Origin: an uncultured Chloroflexia bacterium
Lineage (GTDB): Bacteria; Chloroflexota; Limnocylindria; Limnocylindrales; CSP1-4
Length of the DNA: 64,000 nt
Assembly: GCA_963749705.1 (NCBI GenBank)
Contig: CAVVNQ010000003.1
Coordinates: 512,001-576,000, forward strand
Reading direction: 5' to 3'
Within the stretch, counting starts at the first letter, position 1; each line of letters opens with the position of its first letter. The notes under the pieces are model-generated. The model did no database searches and was not told the DNA's origin. It saw only the letters and a program-made list of their open reading frames with translations. Made by a program: the position numbers and the translations under genes. Shown here piece after piece: positions 1 to 11,760 of the stretch.

Positions 1-1208
1 GTCACCCGCATCTGGGCCAGCGTCCCTGAGGCCGTCCCGATCCGGCGCCGCGGGACCGACCCCAGGACGGCGCTGCTGTTGGGGCTCATGAACAGGCCCT
101 GTCCCACACCCAGGACGACCAGCCTCCAGACCAGGTCCGGGATCGCGAAGTCGGCCGGCAGCTGGGTGAGGCTGAGCAGCCCCAGGGCCATGACGGCCAT
201 GCCGGTGCTGGCGAGCACGCGCGGGCCAAACCGGTCGGATGCCGCGCCGCTGAACGGGGCAACGATGGCCATCGAGATCGGGACGGGGGTCAGCAGCAGG
301 CCGGTCTCGATGGGCGAGAACCCCGACCCCTGCTGGAGCAGGAACGGCAGCAGGAATGTCGCGGTGAACAGGCCGGCGAACGCCACGACCACGCTCGCCA
401 GGCCGGCCGCGAACGGGCGGATGCGGAACAGCGCGAGATCGATCATCGGCTGGAAGGAGGACCGCTCGACCACGATGAACGCGATGCCCATCACCAGGAA
501 CGCGGCAAGCAGCGCCATCGACGCGGGGCTGGTCCAGCCCCACGACTGGCCTTCGCTCAGCGCGAGCAGCAGGGCGAACAGCGAGGTCCCGGACAGCGCG
601 GCCCCGCGCACGTCGAACGCCTGGCCTCGACCCGGGTTCTCGGCGGGCAGCACGCGAGCGGCCCAGGCGATCGCCAGCAGCCCGATCGGCGCGTTGATCA
701 GGAAGATCGCGCGCCACGTGGCCAGCTGGGTGAGCAGGCCGCCCAGCGCGGGCCCGAGGCTGAGCCCGATCGACACGCTCACGCCGTTGAGCCCGAGAGC
801 CCGCCCGCGCTCGCTCGCCGGGAAGGTCCGCGCCACGATCGCGGGACCCATGGCCATGATCATCGCGGCACCGGCGGCCTGGATGACCCGGAACGCGATC
901 AGCGCCAGCTCGTTGGGCGCGGCGCCGCAGCACAGGCTCGCGACCGTGAACACGCCGAACCCGGCGAGGTAGACCCGCTTGAAGGTGAGCACCTCGCCCA
1001 GCCGGCCGACCGGCAGCAGCAGCGACCCGACGACCAGCAGGTAGGCCACGACCACCCATTCGACGGTCGTCAGGTCGATCCCGAAGTCAGCCTGGATCCG
1101 GGGCAGGGCGACGTTGACGATGCTGCCGTCGAGGGTCGCCATCAGCGAGCCCAGCGAGACGGTCGAGAGGATGAGCCACTTGCGATCGAGGGATTGCCCT
1201 GTTGCCAC
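1..1208 (-). CDS. MFS transporter, DHA2 (EmrB/QacA) family; runs off the window start
   Basis: Minus strand reads GTG...KWLILSTVSLGSLMATLDGSIVNVALPRIQADFG...VEWVVVAYLL (DHA2 N-terminal motif). GGAGA RBS precedes the GTG at 1208. The + strand ORF 79..972 is its antisense shadow. Confidence 0.9.
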   Translation of the reverse strand, partial: MATGQSLDRKWLILSTVSLGSLMATLDGSIVNVALPRIQADFGIDLTTVEWVVVAYLLVVGSLLLPVGRLGEVLTFKRVYLAGFGVFTVASLCCGAAPNELALIAFRVIQAAGAAMIMAMGPAIVARTFPASERGRALGLNGVSVSIGLSLGPALGGLLTQLATWRAIFLINAPIGLLAIAWAARVLPAENPGRGQAFDVRGAALSGTSLFALLLALSEGQSWGWTSPASMALLAAFLVMGIAFIVVERSSFQPMIDLALFRIRPFAAGLASVVVAFAGLFTATFLLPFLLQQGSGFSPIETGLLLTPVPISMAIVAPFSGAASDRFGPRVLASTGMAVMALGLLSLTQLPADFAIPDLVWRLVVLGVGQGLFMSPNSSAVLGSVPRRRIGTASGTLAQMRV

Positions 1209-1533
1209 GAAGTCTCCAGCCCGAGCCGAAGGGCGCCGCTCCCGGCGCATGCTGCTCGGCCAGGAGCCCCTTCACAGCGCTCCGCAAACGCTGGGGGCGC
1301 GGACGGTCCGGGATGGATCGACCTTCATGCAGCGTACCTCGCGACTCCGGACGCTGCCGCCCGGCCACCCGCGCCCCGGCCCAACCCTGCTCGCGCCGGC
1401 GATCGCCCGGCGGGCTCGCCATGCCTGATCGGGCAGCGAATCTGCCCGACCTGCCGCTCGCCTTCCTCTCGCCGAGGGCGCGTCAACGCCCGATGATCCC
1501 GGCCGATGGACGCTTGGGATCGGCCGCACGCAA

Positions 1534-3828
1534 GTGGCTGAGCGCGTCGGGTCCGAGCGCCGTCGCGCAGAGCCCGGGCGCGATCAGCGTCGAGCTCCCG
1601 CGGGCCCGGCGAGCGCGGGTCCGACCGTGGCGGGTGCGACCGTGGGTCCGCCCGCGGCGGGAGCGTCCGCGGCCACGCCGGTGCCGATCGCCGAGCTGGC
1701 GCGCGCGGCCACCGGATCGGGACACCCGCGAGCGCCACGCGGCACGCTTCCGGAGATCTCGGCGGGAACCGTGATGGCGCTGCAGCGTGCGGCGGGCAAC
1801 CGGGCGGTGTCCGCGGTCCTGGAGCGTCCGCCCCGGGCTCCCGAACGCGCGAAAGCGCACATCCAGCGCGCTCCTGCCGCCCCGGGCCGGCCGGCAGCCG
1901 GGGGACGAGGACCGGCGCCGGGCGGACACAAGCCGGCCGATGGCTACGACGACTATGTCGACCTGATCAATGGGTTCCAGGATCTGGCCATTGCCGCGAT
2001 CAACCGAGGGGGTCGGGGCCTCGATTCGGCTCGTTTCGGCGGTGATCTCAGCGGGTCGCACCGACGGCTCCTCGAGCGGGTGCGCAAGGTCCTGATCCTC
2101 GCGCAGGAGCCATCGCCCGACTCGAAGCGGACCGCGGTCTCGGAGTGGCCCGCCCTCGAGCGCAAGCTGCAACAGGCGCTCGCGCATGCGCGCAAGCTGG
2201 GGATCCCGGGCACCCAGCTCGACGCCGTCGCGGACAACCTGGCGCTCGTCACGGAGAAGGCGGTGCACCTGCGGCGGCGAGGTCCGTCCGAGGTCGAGAG
2301 CCCGCGCGGCTACGTTGACCTGTTCAATGGCATCCAGAGCCTGCTCGCCGTGCTCCAGCAGGAGAACGTCGACAAGACCGACGCGGTCGTGCCGCTGAAC
2401 CTGTACGAGACGAACAAGGCGCAGCGGGCGGCGCTCGCATCCGTCCAGTTCGGCGGCCACCTCACGCGGCGGCACCGGCATCTGCTGGAGGGGCTCCGAA
2501 CGGCGTTCATCGACGCCCGGACCGACGCACCGGGCTACCCGAAGAAGGCGCTCGCGGAATGGCAGGCGATCCAGGGCCAGCTGCGCCACGTGTTCAGCCG
2601 GGCGCCGAGGTTCGTGGATGGAGCCGAGCCGCTCCAGGCTGAGCTTGCCCGCGTGGGACGGCAGCTGATCCACGGCGGCGTGTACGCCGAGGCGCACAAC
2701 GAGGCGCTGAAGGGCACCGGCCTCGCCTCGCCCGATCGCCCGTTCGAGATCGAGCGGTTCCGCGAGGCCGCCGAGGAGATGGAGCAGGCGCACAAGCTCG
2801 CCGAGAAGGCGTTCGAGATGACCGGGGAGAAGGTCCTCGACGAAGCGCTCGAGCGGGCGGAGTTCAAGGACCTGGCCGGACCGATCCTGGAGCTCGCAAA
2901 GACGCCGGGGGAGATCGCCGAGAAGCTGGAGGAGTACAAGAAGCGAGGCGTCGTCGGCAAGTCCGTGACGGTCCTCGACATGGCCAACAAGACGCTCGCG
3001 TTCCGCAACGCGCTGATGAAGGTGTCGTTCGCGGTCACAAAGCGCTTCGCCGAGCGGTCCGTCCAGCTGGCGATTCGGTCAGGCGACTTCGAGGCCGTCG
3101 CGCGCTGGGGCAAGGTCAAGAACTGGGCCGTCGAGCATCTGGAGATGCTGGAGAAGGTCGAGAAGGTCGCCAAGGTGATCGCGATCGTGGTCAGCGCCAT
3201 CAAGGTCATCGACTACATCGCCCAGGGCAAGTGGGCCGAGGCGCTCGAGGAGGCAGCGGAGACGACGGCCAGCCTCGCGGCGGCTGCGGCGGGCGGTCTC
3301 GGCGGCACGGCGATGGTCAGCGGCATCGCCGTGGTCCTCGCAGCGGAGGCCGAGGCGATCCACGGGGCCGCCGCCATGATCCGGTACTGCAAGAAGGCAA
3401 GCGTCCGCGAGGCGGCCTGGACGTTCATCGACGTGCTTGTCGAGGCGGCGAAGAACGAGGCGCGCGACTTCGTCGCCGACGTCAAGCTGCTCGAGGATCC
3501 CGCCAATGCGGGCGAGAAGCAGCTGATCGAGCAGCGGATCGATTCCTACGTCCCGTACTGGCTGAGGCATGTCGGCGACCTCAGCGAGCAGCTCGCCGAC
3601 ACGCGCGTGATCCGGGTCGGGGGCCAGGATGGGCTCAGGGGAGCGCTGGGTCCGGAAGCCCAGATCATCCTCAACGAGCCGGCCATCTTCGCGGGAAGCA
3701 ACTGGCAGCAGATGGCACACCAGATCAAGGTGCTGTTCGCGGGCGCCAACTCGATGGCCCGGTATGTGGTCAGGAGCTATCCGCGCAGCGACCGCCCGGA
3801 GAAGAAGGAGGCCGGCGGCGAGGAGTAG
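1534..3828 (+). CDS. Hypothetical 764-aa protein with an LQRxAGNxAV motif, an internal domain duplication and a C-terminal hydrophobic/Ala-Gly region
   Basis: Long ORF with GC3-biased codons and the motif VMALQRAAGNRAVSAVL. Two related blocks start YVDLINGFQDL and YVDLFNGIQSL. The start codon is uncertain. Confidence 0.8.
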   Translation: MAERVGSERRRAEPGRDQRRAPAGPASAGPTVAGATVGPPAAGASAATPVPIAELARAATGSGHPRAPRGTLPEISAGTVMALQRAAGNRAVSAVLERPPRAPERAKAHIQRAPAAPGRPAAGGRGPAPGGHKPADGYDDYVDLINGFQDLAIAAINRGGRGLDSARFGGDLSGSHRRLLERVRKVLILAQEPSPDSKRTAVSEWPALERKLQQALAHARKLGIPGTQLDAVADNLALVTEKAVHLRRRGPSEVESPRGYVDLFNGIQSLLAVLQQENVDKTDAVVPLNLYETNKAQRAALASVQFGGHLTRRHRHLLEGLRTAFIDARTDAPGYPKKALAEWQAIQGQLRHVFSRAPRFVDGAEPLQAELARVGRQLIHGGVYAEAHNEALKGTGLASPDRPFEIERFREAAEEMEQAHKLAEKAFEMTGEKVLDEALERAEFKDLAGPILELAKTPGEIAEKLEEYKKRGVVGKSVTVLDMANKTLAFRNALMKVSFAVTKRFAERSVQLAIRSGDFEAVARWGKVKNWAVEHLEMLEKVEKVAKVIAIVVSAIKVIDYIAQGKWAEALEEAAETTASLAAAAAGGLGGTAMVSGIAVVLAAEAEAIHGAAAMIRYCKKASVREAAWTFIDVLVEAAKNEARDFVADVKLLEDPANAGEKQLIEQRIDSYVPYWLRHVGDLSEQLADTRVIRVGGQDGLRGALGPEAQIILNEPAIFAGSNWQQMAHQIKVLFAGANSMARYVVRSYPRSDRPEKKEAGGEE

Positions 3829-3994
3829 CCCAGCCGGTCGCCTGGGACGCGACGTCGTTCCGGCTCGTCGCACGCGGCGCCCGTAGAATGGTCACGGGTC
3901 GCGTCCCCGACCCGGCCGGACCGCGCCCCGTCGCGGTCGCGAACGAGTCCCGCCGTCGCCGGCTGCGGCGGATGCGTACGAAGGGGTCACCTCG

Positions 3995-4324
3995 ATGATC
4001 GATCCGGAGCTCCAGGCGGAGCGCGATGGGCTGAACCGCTATCCGGTCCCGTTCCTCCAGAACCTGATCGACAACGGCGAGGGCTGGCAGTCGGAAGGCG
4101 CTCTGAGCAAGGCGGTCGTGGATGCGCTCGAGGACGGCACGTGCGTGCTCGGTCCGGTTGCCCATCGTGACTACCAGGGTCACGTCGTCCCCGCCCGCGG
4201 GGACGTCGAGGCCGGTGCCAAGGGCACGCTCGCCTACGCCAACCGGCGCCGCGCCGAGCGCGGAGACCCGCTGCTCGTCGAAGGCGCCGACGGAAGGGTC
4301 ACCGAGGCGGCCGACACCGCCTGA
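3995..4324 (+). CDS. Hypothetical protein (109 aa)
   Basis: Globular-looking ORF with normal codon bias; TAGAAT -10-like box at about 3884. Confidence 0.7.
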   Translation: MIDPELQAERDGLNRYPVPFLQNLIDNGEGWQSEGALSKAVVDALEDGTCVLGPVAHRDYQGHVVPARGDVEAGAKGTLAYANRRRAERGDPLLVEGADGRVTEAADTA

Positions 4325-4373
4325 TCGTCCCCGGCCGACGCCCCGGGCCGGCCGGGCGATGCCCGGCCCTGCG

Positions 4374-5299
4374 TCAGGCGTCGCGGTCGATCACGCCACC
4401 GAGCTCGTCGCGCAGTGCCGCATACGACTCGAGGCTCAGGTCCTTCGGATCCGTCGCCCGGAGCTGGACGCACACGTGGTCCGCGCCCGCATCGAGGTGC
4501 TCGCGCACCCGCGCGGCGATCGCTGCGGCAGCTCCCTGGGGGACGACGGCGTCGAGCAGGCGGTCGCTGCCGCCGGCGGCCAGGTCGTCATCGCCCCACC
4601 CGAGCCGGCGCAGGTTGTTGGCGTAGTTCTCGAGCCCGAGGTAGCGGCCGGCGAAGGCGCGCGCCACGGTCCGGGCCCGGGCGGAATCGGTGTCGATCAC
4701 GGCGGCCATCTCCACCGCCAGCACGGGTCCGCTCCCAGCCGCTCGCGCGCCATCCGCGTGTGCTCGACCGGCACGAAGTACGGGTGTGCGCCGTCCGCAC
4801 GCTCGGCGGCCAGCTCGAGCATGCGCGGTCCGAGGGCAGCCAACACGACCGGCGGCGGCTCCGCGAGCGGGGGCCCGTTGTAGTCCGACGCCTCCATCGC
4901 ATCCAGGTACGCGGTCATCGTCTGGACCGGCCGGCCGTAGGTTCCGCCGCGCTGGGCGACCGAGGGCGCGTGGCTGACGCCGATCCCGAGCACGAATCGG
5001 CCCGGGTAGGCGTCGCACAGCGTCCGGGCGGCGTTGATCATGGCCGTTGGATCGCGCGCATAGATGTTGGCGATCCCGGTCCCGACCGTGATCCGCGGGC
5101 TGCCGGCCAGGAGAACGGACGCATGCGAGATCGCCTCCCGGCTGCCGAGGCTCTCGGGGAACCAGGCGGCCGAGTAGCCCAGACGCTCGTAGCTCGAGAC
5201 ACCGGCCTGGGCGTTGGCGACGGTCAGCGTCTGGAGCGCGAAGCTCCAGATCCCGACCCGGCCGAGCGTGGCTCGGAGGGCGTCGTGGCGTGCGGTCAT
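4374..5299 (-). CDS. LLM-class (probably F420-dependent) oxidoreductase, frameshifted near 4725
   Basis: The N-part (LGRVGIW...GTGIANIY...LGIGVSH...LAALGPRML...GAHPYF) is in one frame and the C-part (VLAVEMAAV...YANNLRRLG...GADHVCVQ) in another. One missing base at CCG^TGCTG rejoins them. Confidence 0.8.
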
Positions 5300-5403
5300 G
5301 GTCCGGAGTCTACCGATCGCGTCGGGTTCGTCGCCCATCGCACGCGCAGGCGCCCCGGGCGACAATGGAGCCTGACCTTGCGTCCGCTCGCCGGAGAAAC
5401 CCG

Positions 5404-6447
<1,044 letters not shown>

Positions 6448-6497
6448 GCCGCCGCGCGGCCTGACCCCGAGGCGACTGGGACGCTAGGCTGCGCCAG

Positions 6498-8384
6498 GTG
6501 ACCGCCCGCGATCGCTCCATCGCCGCCATCGTCGACACGTTCGTCCCCGCGGCCGAGGGGCTGCCGTCCGCGAGCGAGCTGGGCGTCCACCGGCGCCTGC
6601 TCGAGGAGGTGGCGGCGCTCGGCCGGCCATCGCTCCGGATCCAGCTCGACCTGCTGCTGCGGGCCATCGACTCGCGGGCCGGCGGTCTTGCCATCGGTGG
6701 GCGGCCGGTCCGGTTCGCCGATCTCGGCCAGGAGGGCCGGGAGCGATACCTGCGGCGGATGGCCGCCAGCCCGATCGCGCTCAAGCGGACCGCGTTCCAG
6801 GACCTCAAGCGCCTGACCCTCCTCATCGCCTACGGGCTCGAGGACTCGCCGTGGCGGGCCCGGGCAGGGTTCGTGCCACCGCCGCCCGATCCCGCCAGCC
6901 CGAGCCGCGTCAACGTCCGGACGCCGGCCGCCGGCGAGGTGATCGACGCAGACGCGGTCGTGATCGGCTCGGGGGCGGGCGGCGGGGTGGCCGCCGCGAT
7001 CCTGGCGGCCGCGGGCAGGAAGGTGATCGTCCTCGAGCGAGCCGCGATGGTCACCGAGGCGGACTTCGGCGGACCGGAGCTGGCCGGTCTGGGGGCGCTG
7101 TTCCTCGATCGCGGCCTGACCGCGACCACGGATCGGTGGATCTCGATCCGTGCCGGCAGCGCGGTCGGTGGCGGCACCGTCGTCAACTGGAGCACGTCGC
7201 TGCGCGCCCCGGCCGCGGTCCGCGACGAGTGGCGCGTGGCCGGGATCGACGACCTCGACGAGCACTACGCGGCGATCGAGGCCGACATCCACGTCACCAC
7301 CGACGAGAGCCCGGTCAACGGGCCGAACGGCCGGCTCGCCGCCGGGCTCGACGCCCTGGGCCTGCCCCGAATCGTGGTCCCCCGGAACGTGCGCGGCTGC
7401 GGTGACTGCGGCCCGTGCGCGGTCGGCTGCCGCCGGGGCGCCAAGCAGTCGACGCTGCGGACGTCGCTCGTCGCTGCCTGTGATCACGGTGCCGAGATCC
7501 TCGATCGGTCCGACGTCCGCCGGATCCTCGTGGACCGGGGGCGTGCGACCGGGGTCGTCGCGCGCGTCCCGGGCGGCGAGGTGACCGTGCGCGCGCCGCT
7601 GGTCGCGCTCGCTGGCGGAAGCATCCTGTCGCCCGCCGTGCTCCTCCGCTCCGGGATCGCCACGGGGACCGCGGGTCGTGGGCTGCACATCCACCCGGTG
7701 TCAGCGCTCGGCGCGATCTACCCGGATTCCCTGAACCCGTGGTCGGGCGTGCCCCAGAGCGTGATGAGCGACGCCTACGCCGAGATCGACGGGACCTGGG
7801 GCTTCCGCCTCGAGGCCGCGCCGACCCATCCGGGGCTGATCGCCACGGGGTTCCCGTGGTGGAGCAGCGGCGACCACCGCGACCTGATGACCCAGTGCGA
7901 CCGCGTGGCGGCGTTCCTCGCCATCGTCCGCGACCGGACCACCGGGCGGGTCACGCTGGCGCGCGACGGCGGGGTGGCGATCCACTATGCGCCGGACGCG
8001 GCGGACCGGGACCTGCTGCGCCGCGGATCGCTCGAGGTCGCGAGGATCCACCGCGCCGCCGGCGCGCGCCGGATCATCCCGCTGCTCACGCCGCCGCTCG
8101 ACTGGCACGAGGGCGAGCCGTTCGACGCCTGGCTGGACGCGCTTGCGCGGCGCCCGATCGAGTCCAACCGGATCCTCCTGTTCTCAGCGCACCAGATGTC
8201 CAGCTGCCGGATCGGGACCAGCCCGCGCGACAGCGTCGCCGACCCGGACGGGCAGGTCTACGGCGTGCGCGGCCTGTACGTGACGGACGCCAGCGCGATG
8301 CCGACGGCGTCGGGCGTCAACCCGATGCTGTCGCTGATGGCGCTCGCCCGACGCACGGCGCTGCGGATGGTCGCGGGCACGTAA
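6498..8384 (+). CDS. GMC-family FAD oxidoreductase (long-chain alcohol oxidase-like)
   Basis: VIGSGAGGG FAD motif, GGGTVVNW, CGxCxxGC, SAHQMSSCRIG and GVNPMLS. Confidence 0.88.
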   Translation: MTARDRSIAAIVDTFVPAAEGLPSASELGVHRRLLEEVAALGRPSLRIQLDLLLRAIDSRAGGLAIGGRPVRFADLGQEGRERYLRRMAASPIALKRTAFQDLKRLTLLIAYGLEDSPWRARAGFVPPPPDPASPSRVNVRTPAAGEVIDADAVVIGSGAGGGVAAAILAAAGRKVIVLERAAMVTEADFGGPELAGLGALFLDRGLTATTDRWISIRAGSAVGGGTVVNWSTSLRAPAAVRDEWRVAGIDDLDEHYAAIEADIHVTTDESPVNGPNGRLAAGLDALGLPRIVVPRNVRGCGDCGPCAVGCRRGAKQSTLRTSLVAACDHGAEILDRSDVRRILVDRGRATGVVARVPGGEVTVRAPLVALAGGSILSPAVLLRSGIATGTAGRGLHIHPVSALGAIYPDSLNPWSGVPQSVMSDAYAEIDGTWGFRLEAAPTHPGLIATGFPWWSSGDHRDLMTQCDRVAAFLAIVRDRTTGRVTLARDGGVAIHYAPDAADRDLLRRGSLEVARIHRAAGARRIIPLLTPPLDWHEGEPFDAWLDALARRPIESNRILLFSAHQMSSCRIGTSPRDSVADPDGQVYGVRGLYVTDASAMPTASGVNPMLSLMALARRTALRMVAGT

Positions 8385-8452
8385 CGGCCGCCCGGCGGGT
8401 GCGCCAAACTCGAGGGCACACACGCATCGCGGCGTGAGCGAGGAGGTTTCCC

Positions 8453-10039
8453 GTGTTCGTGCCCCTTTCGGTCCTCGAGTTTCGCGACCGGGCGGCCGCC
8501 TATTTCGGTGACAAGATCGGCGTCGTCGATGGCGACACCTCGCTCACCTATCGCGCGTGGGCCGAGCGGACGCACCGGCTGGCGAACGCGCTCGTCGGCC
8601 TCGGCGTGGTACCCGGCGATCGGGTCTCGTTCATCACCTACAACACCCATCACCTGCTCGAGGCCTACTTCGGCGTCCTGGAGGCCGGCGCGGTCCTCAA
8701 CCCGGTCAACATCCGGCTGGCGCCGCACGAGATCGCCTACATCCTCGACCACGCGGCCTCGCGGGTGGTGTTCTTCCACCGCGACTTCACCCCGCTGGTC
8801 GAGTCGATCGCGCCCCAGCTCTCGACGCGCCCGCGGTTCGTGGTGCTCGAGGGCGAGCCGGGCGGCGTGGCGGGGGACGAGTACGAGGCGCTGGTGTCGG
8901 GTGGCTCGTCAGAGCCCAGGCATCCACAGGTGGACGAGAACGCGATCGCCGAGCTGTTCTACACCAGCGGCACGACCGGGCTGCCCAAGGGCGTCGCGCT
9001 GAGCCAGCGATCGCTGTACCTGCACGCGCTCAACGCCCAGCTGTCGCTCCGGTTCGACGAGGACGACGTCGTCCTCCACGTGGTCCCGATGTTCCACGTC
9101 AACGGCTGGGGCGTGCCGCACTTCGTGACCATGATCGGCGGCCGCCACGTGATGCTCCGGAAGTTCGACCCGGTCGCGCTCATGGAGCAGGTCGAGCGCC
9201 ACCGGGTCACGCGCCTCCTCGGCGTCCCGGCCATCTTCAACGCGGTGCTGCACCACCACGACCGCCCGAACCACGACCTGTCGAGCCTCAGGCAGCTGAT
9301 CATCGGTGGCTCGCCGGCCTCGCCGGCCCTGGTCGGGGCGCTCGAGGAGCAGCTGGGCGTCCAGGCGATCGTCGGCTATGGCCTGAGCGAGACCAGCCCG
9401 ATCGTGACCCTCGCCCAGCCCCGGCGGGCCCTCGGGGAGACCGAGCCGCCGGAGCGCCGGCGCGAGCGCCAGGCGATGACCGGCTGGCCGATCCCCGGTG
9501 TCGCGGTTCGTGTCGTGGACTCGGCGGGCGGTGACGTCCGCCCCGATGCCGAGCAGATCGGCGAGATCGCCGTGCGCGGCAACACGGTGATGCTGGGCTA
9601 CTACCGCGATCCCGACGGGACGGCCGAGGCGATCCACGATGGATGGCTCCATACCGGCGACATGGCGACGCTCGATGAGGCGGGCTATGTCGTGATCAAG
9701 GACCGCTCCAAGGACGTGATCATCCGCGGCGGCGAGAACATCTCGTCGGTCGACGTGGAGAACACGCTGGCGGCGCATCCGGCGGTGCTCGAGTGCGCGG
9801 TCGTCGCAGCGCCGGACGAGAAGTTCGGCGAGGCGCCGGTGGCGATCGTGGTCCTCAAGCCCGGCGCGACGGCGACGACGGCCGAGCTACGGGCGCACTG
9901 CCGCGCGAACCTGGCCCGGTTCAAGGTGCCCCGCGAGTTCCACTTCCGCGATGCGCTGCCCAAGGGCGGCACGGGGAAGATCCTCAAGGCCGAGCTGCGC
10001 GAGCCGTTCTGGAAGGGGCTCGAGTCGCGGGTCCACTAG
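8453..10039 (+). CDS. Long-chain fatty acid-CoA ligase (AMP-binding)
   Basis: YTSGTTGLPKG, GYGLSET, WLHTGD, DRSKDVIIRGGENI and LPKGGTGKILK; AGGAGG RBS. Confidence 0.92.
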   Translation: MFVPLSVLEFRDRAAAYFGDKIGVVDGDTSLTYRAWAERTHRLANALVGLGVVPGDRVSFITYNTHHLLEAYFGVLEAGAVLNPVNIRLAPHEIAYILDHAASRVVFFHRDFTPLVESIAPQLSTRPRFVVLEGEPGGVAGDEYEALVSGGSSEPRHPQVDENAIAELFYTSGTTGLPKGVALSQRSLYLHALNAQLSLRFDEDDVVLHVVPMFHVNGWGVPHFVTMIGGRHVMLRKFDPVALMEQVERHRVTRLLGVPAIFNAVLHHHDRPNHDLSSLRQLIIGGSPASPALVGALEEQLGVQAIVGYGLSETSPIVTLAQPRRALGETEPPERRRERQAMTGWPIPGVAVRVVDSAGGDVRPDAEQIGEIAVRGNTVMLGYYRDPDGTAEAIHDGWLHTGDMATLDEAGYVVIKDRSKDVIIRGGENISSVDVENTLAAHPAVLECAVVAAPDEKFGEAPVAIVVLKPGATATTAELRAHCRANLARFKVPREFHFRDALPKGGTGKILKAELREPFWKGLESRVH

Positions 10040-10153
10040 GCCGGCGCGACGGCGCCCGCACTTGCGGCGTCAGCGCATGGCGTAGACGCGCGCGTCGATC
10101 GCCTCGTAATGGTCGTACCGCTCGGTGAGCGGGCGCCCCCCGCGGGAGACGCG

Positions 10154-10477
10154 TCAGGCGGTGGTCGGGCTCGTCACCGTGGTCCGGCCGCGCTTCGCCG
10201 CCGCCTCGCGACGGTGCTTGACCACCAGCATGGACTTGCCCTCGGCGGCCTTGACGTCGATCGTCTTGCCATCGAGCAGGTCCGCCGCACTCGGCGCGAC
10301 GAGGGTGGACATCTTGCCGCCGTCGACGAGCCGGTCACCTTCCTCGGGGGAGCGAACGAAGGTGAGTGCCAGGCGCCCGGATCGGCGGATGAACCGGGGA
10401 AGCTCCTTCGCATCGATCCCGCGCTGTCCGCGAACCCGCTGCAGGTGATCGATGGCCTGGGTGGTGAGTCGAAGCAT
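10154..10477 (-). CDS. Small hypothetical protein with a HesB/IscA-like pattern, lacking Cys ligands
   Basis: MLRLTTQA...PEEGDRLV...VAPSAADLLDGKTID pattern; GGAGG RBS. Confidence 0.6.
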   Translation of the reverse strand: MLRLTTQAIDHLQRVRGQRGIDAKELPRFIRRSGRLALTFVRSPEEGDRLVDGGKMSTLVAPSAADLLDGKTIDVKAAEGKSMLVVKHRREAAAKRGRTTVTSPTTA

Positions 10478-10725
10478 TGGCGACCTCCGTATGCATGCTT
10501 GGGGCCGGACCTCGACGGCTGCCGACCGGCCGTGGACGGCGCGCGCGTGCGCCGACATCCCGCCTGTCTGTCCAATAGTAGCCCATAGGCTAGTATTTGG
10601 TCCAGCCGAGCCCGAACGACACTCGAGATGCCGGCGCAGGCGGCAGCGTCGCGCAGCCCGAACGCGGCGTGGACCTCCGGTCCTCTCGCGCGACCCCGAA
10701 CGCCCCGGTGGGGCACGATGGCGTC

Positions 10726-11670
10726 ATGCACCCCGACCCCCTCGCTCCGTTGCTCGCCCGCGACGGTGTCGTCGTCCTCGATGGCGGGCTCGCGACGCAG
10801 CTCGAGGCGCAGGGCCATGACCTGTCCGACCGGCTGTGGTCCGCGACGCTGCTCGCGACCGTGCCGGAGGCGATCGTCGAGGCGCACCTGGCGTACTTCC
10901 GGGCGGGCGCGCGCGTCGCCACGACGGCCAGCTACCAGGCGACGTTCGAGGGGTTCGCCGACCGTGGCATCGACCACGATCACGCAGCCGAGCTGATGCG
11001 GCGAAGCGTGACCCTCGCCGCGCAGGCACGCGACCGCTACCGCACCGAGCTGGCCGCCGGCGGCGCGCCGGATCCCGGACCGCTCCTGGTCGCCGCCTCG
11101 ATCGGCCCGTACGGGGCGATGCTCGCGGATGGATCCGAGTACCACGGCCGGTACGGGCGCTCCGTCGACGAGCTGATGGCGTTCCACCGCGACCGGCTGC
11201 GGGTCCTGGCGGCTGAACCAGCCGACGTGCTGGCGATCGAGACGATCCCCGAGCTGGACGAGGCCGTGGCCCTCGCCCGGCTGCTGGACGAGGTCCCGGG
11301 GACCCCCGCATGGATCAGCTTCTCGTGTGCGGACGGCGCGCACCTGCGCAGCGGCGAGCCGTTCGAGGCGGCCGTGGCTGCGGTGGCCGGGTCACCGGCC
11401 GTCGTCGCGGTCGGCGTGAACTGCACGGCACCCGAGCACGTCACGTCGCTGGTGGGGCTCGCCCGCGGCGTCACGGCCAAGCCGATCGTGGTCTACCCCA
11501 ACAGCGGCGAGGGATGGGATGCGGCCGCGCGCCGCTGGACCGGCGCGGCATCCACGCGGGTCGATGGGGCCGCCGCGGCCCGGTGGCGCGCCGCCGGCGC
11601 CTCGCTGATCGGCGGCTGCTGTCGCGTGACGCCGGACCAGATCGCGCTGCTCGCCGCCTCGCTCGCATGA
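10726..11670 (+). CDS. mmuM: Homocysteine S-methyltransferase
   Basis: VLDGGLATQLE, ASIGPYGA.LADGSEY, ETIP, GVNC, YPNSGE and IGGCC (Zn ligands). Confidence 0.92.
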   Translation: MHPDPLAPLLARDGVVVLDGGLATQLEAQGHDLSDRLWSATLLATVPEAIVEAHLAYFRAGARVATTASYQATFEGFADRGIDHDHAAELMRRSVTLAAQARDRYRTELAAGGAPDPGPLLVAASIGPYGAMLADGSEYHGRYGRSVDELMAFHRDRLRVLAAEPADVLAIETIPELDEAVALARLLDEVPGTPAWISFSCADGAHLRSGEPFEAAVAAVAGSPAVVAVGVNCTAPEHVTSLVGLARGVTAKPIVVYPNSGEGWDAAARRWTGAASTRVDGAAAARWRAAGASLIGGCCRVTPDQIALLAASLA

Positions 11671-11760
11671 GCGCGCCGTTGGCGGGCGTCGCGTTGCACC
11701 GGGGCCGCGATCGGATCCCTCCGCCGCGCGGCATGACCACGTGACCACCCGCACCGAAAA

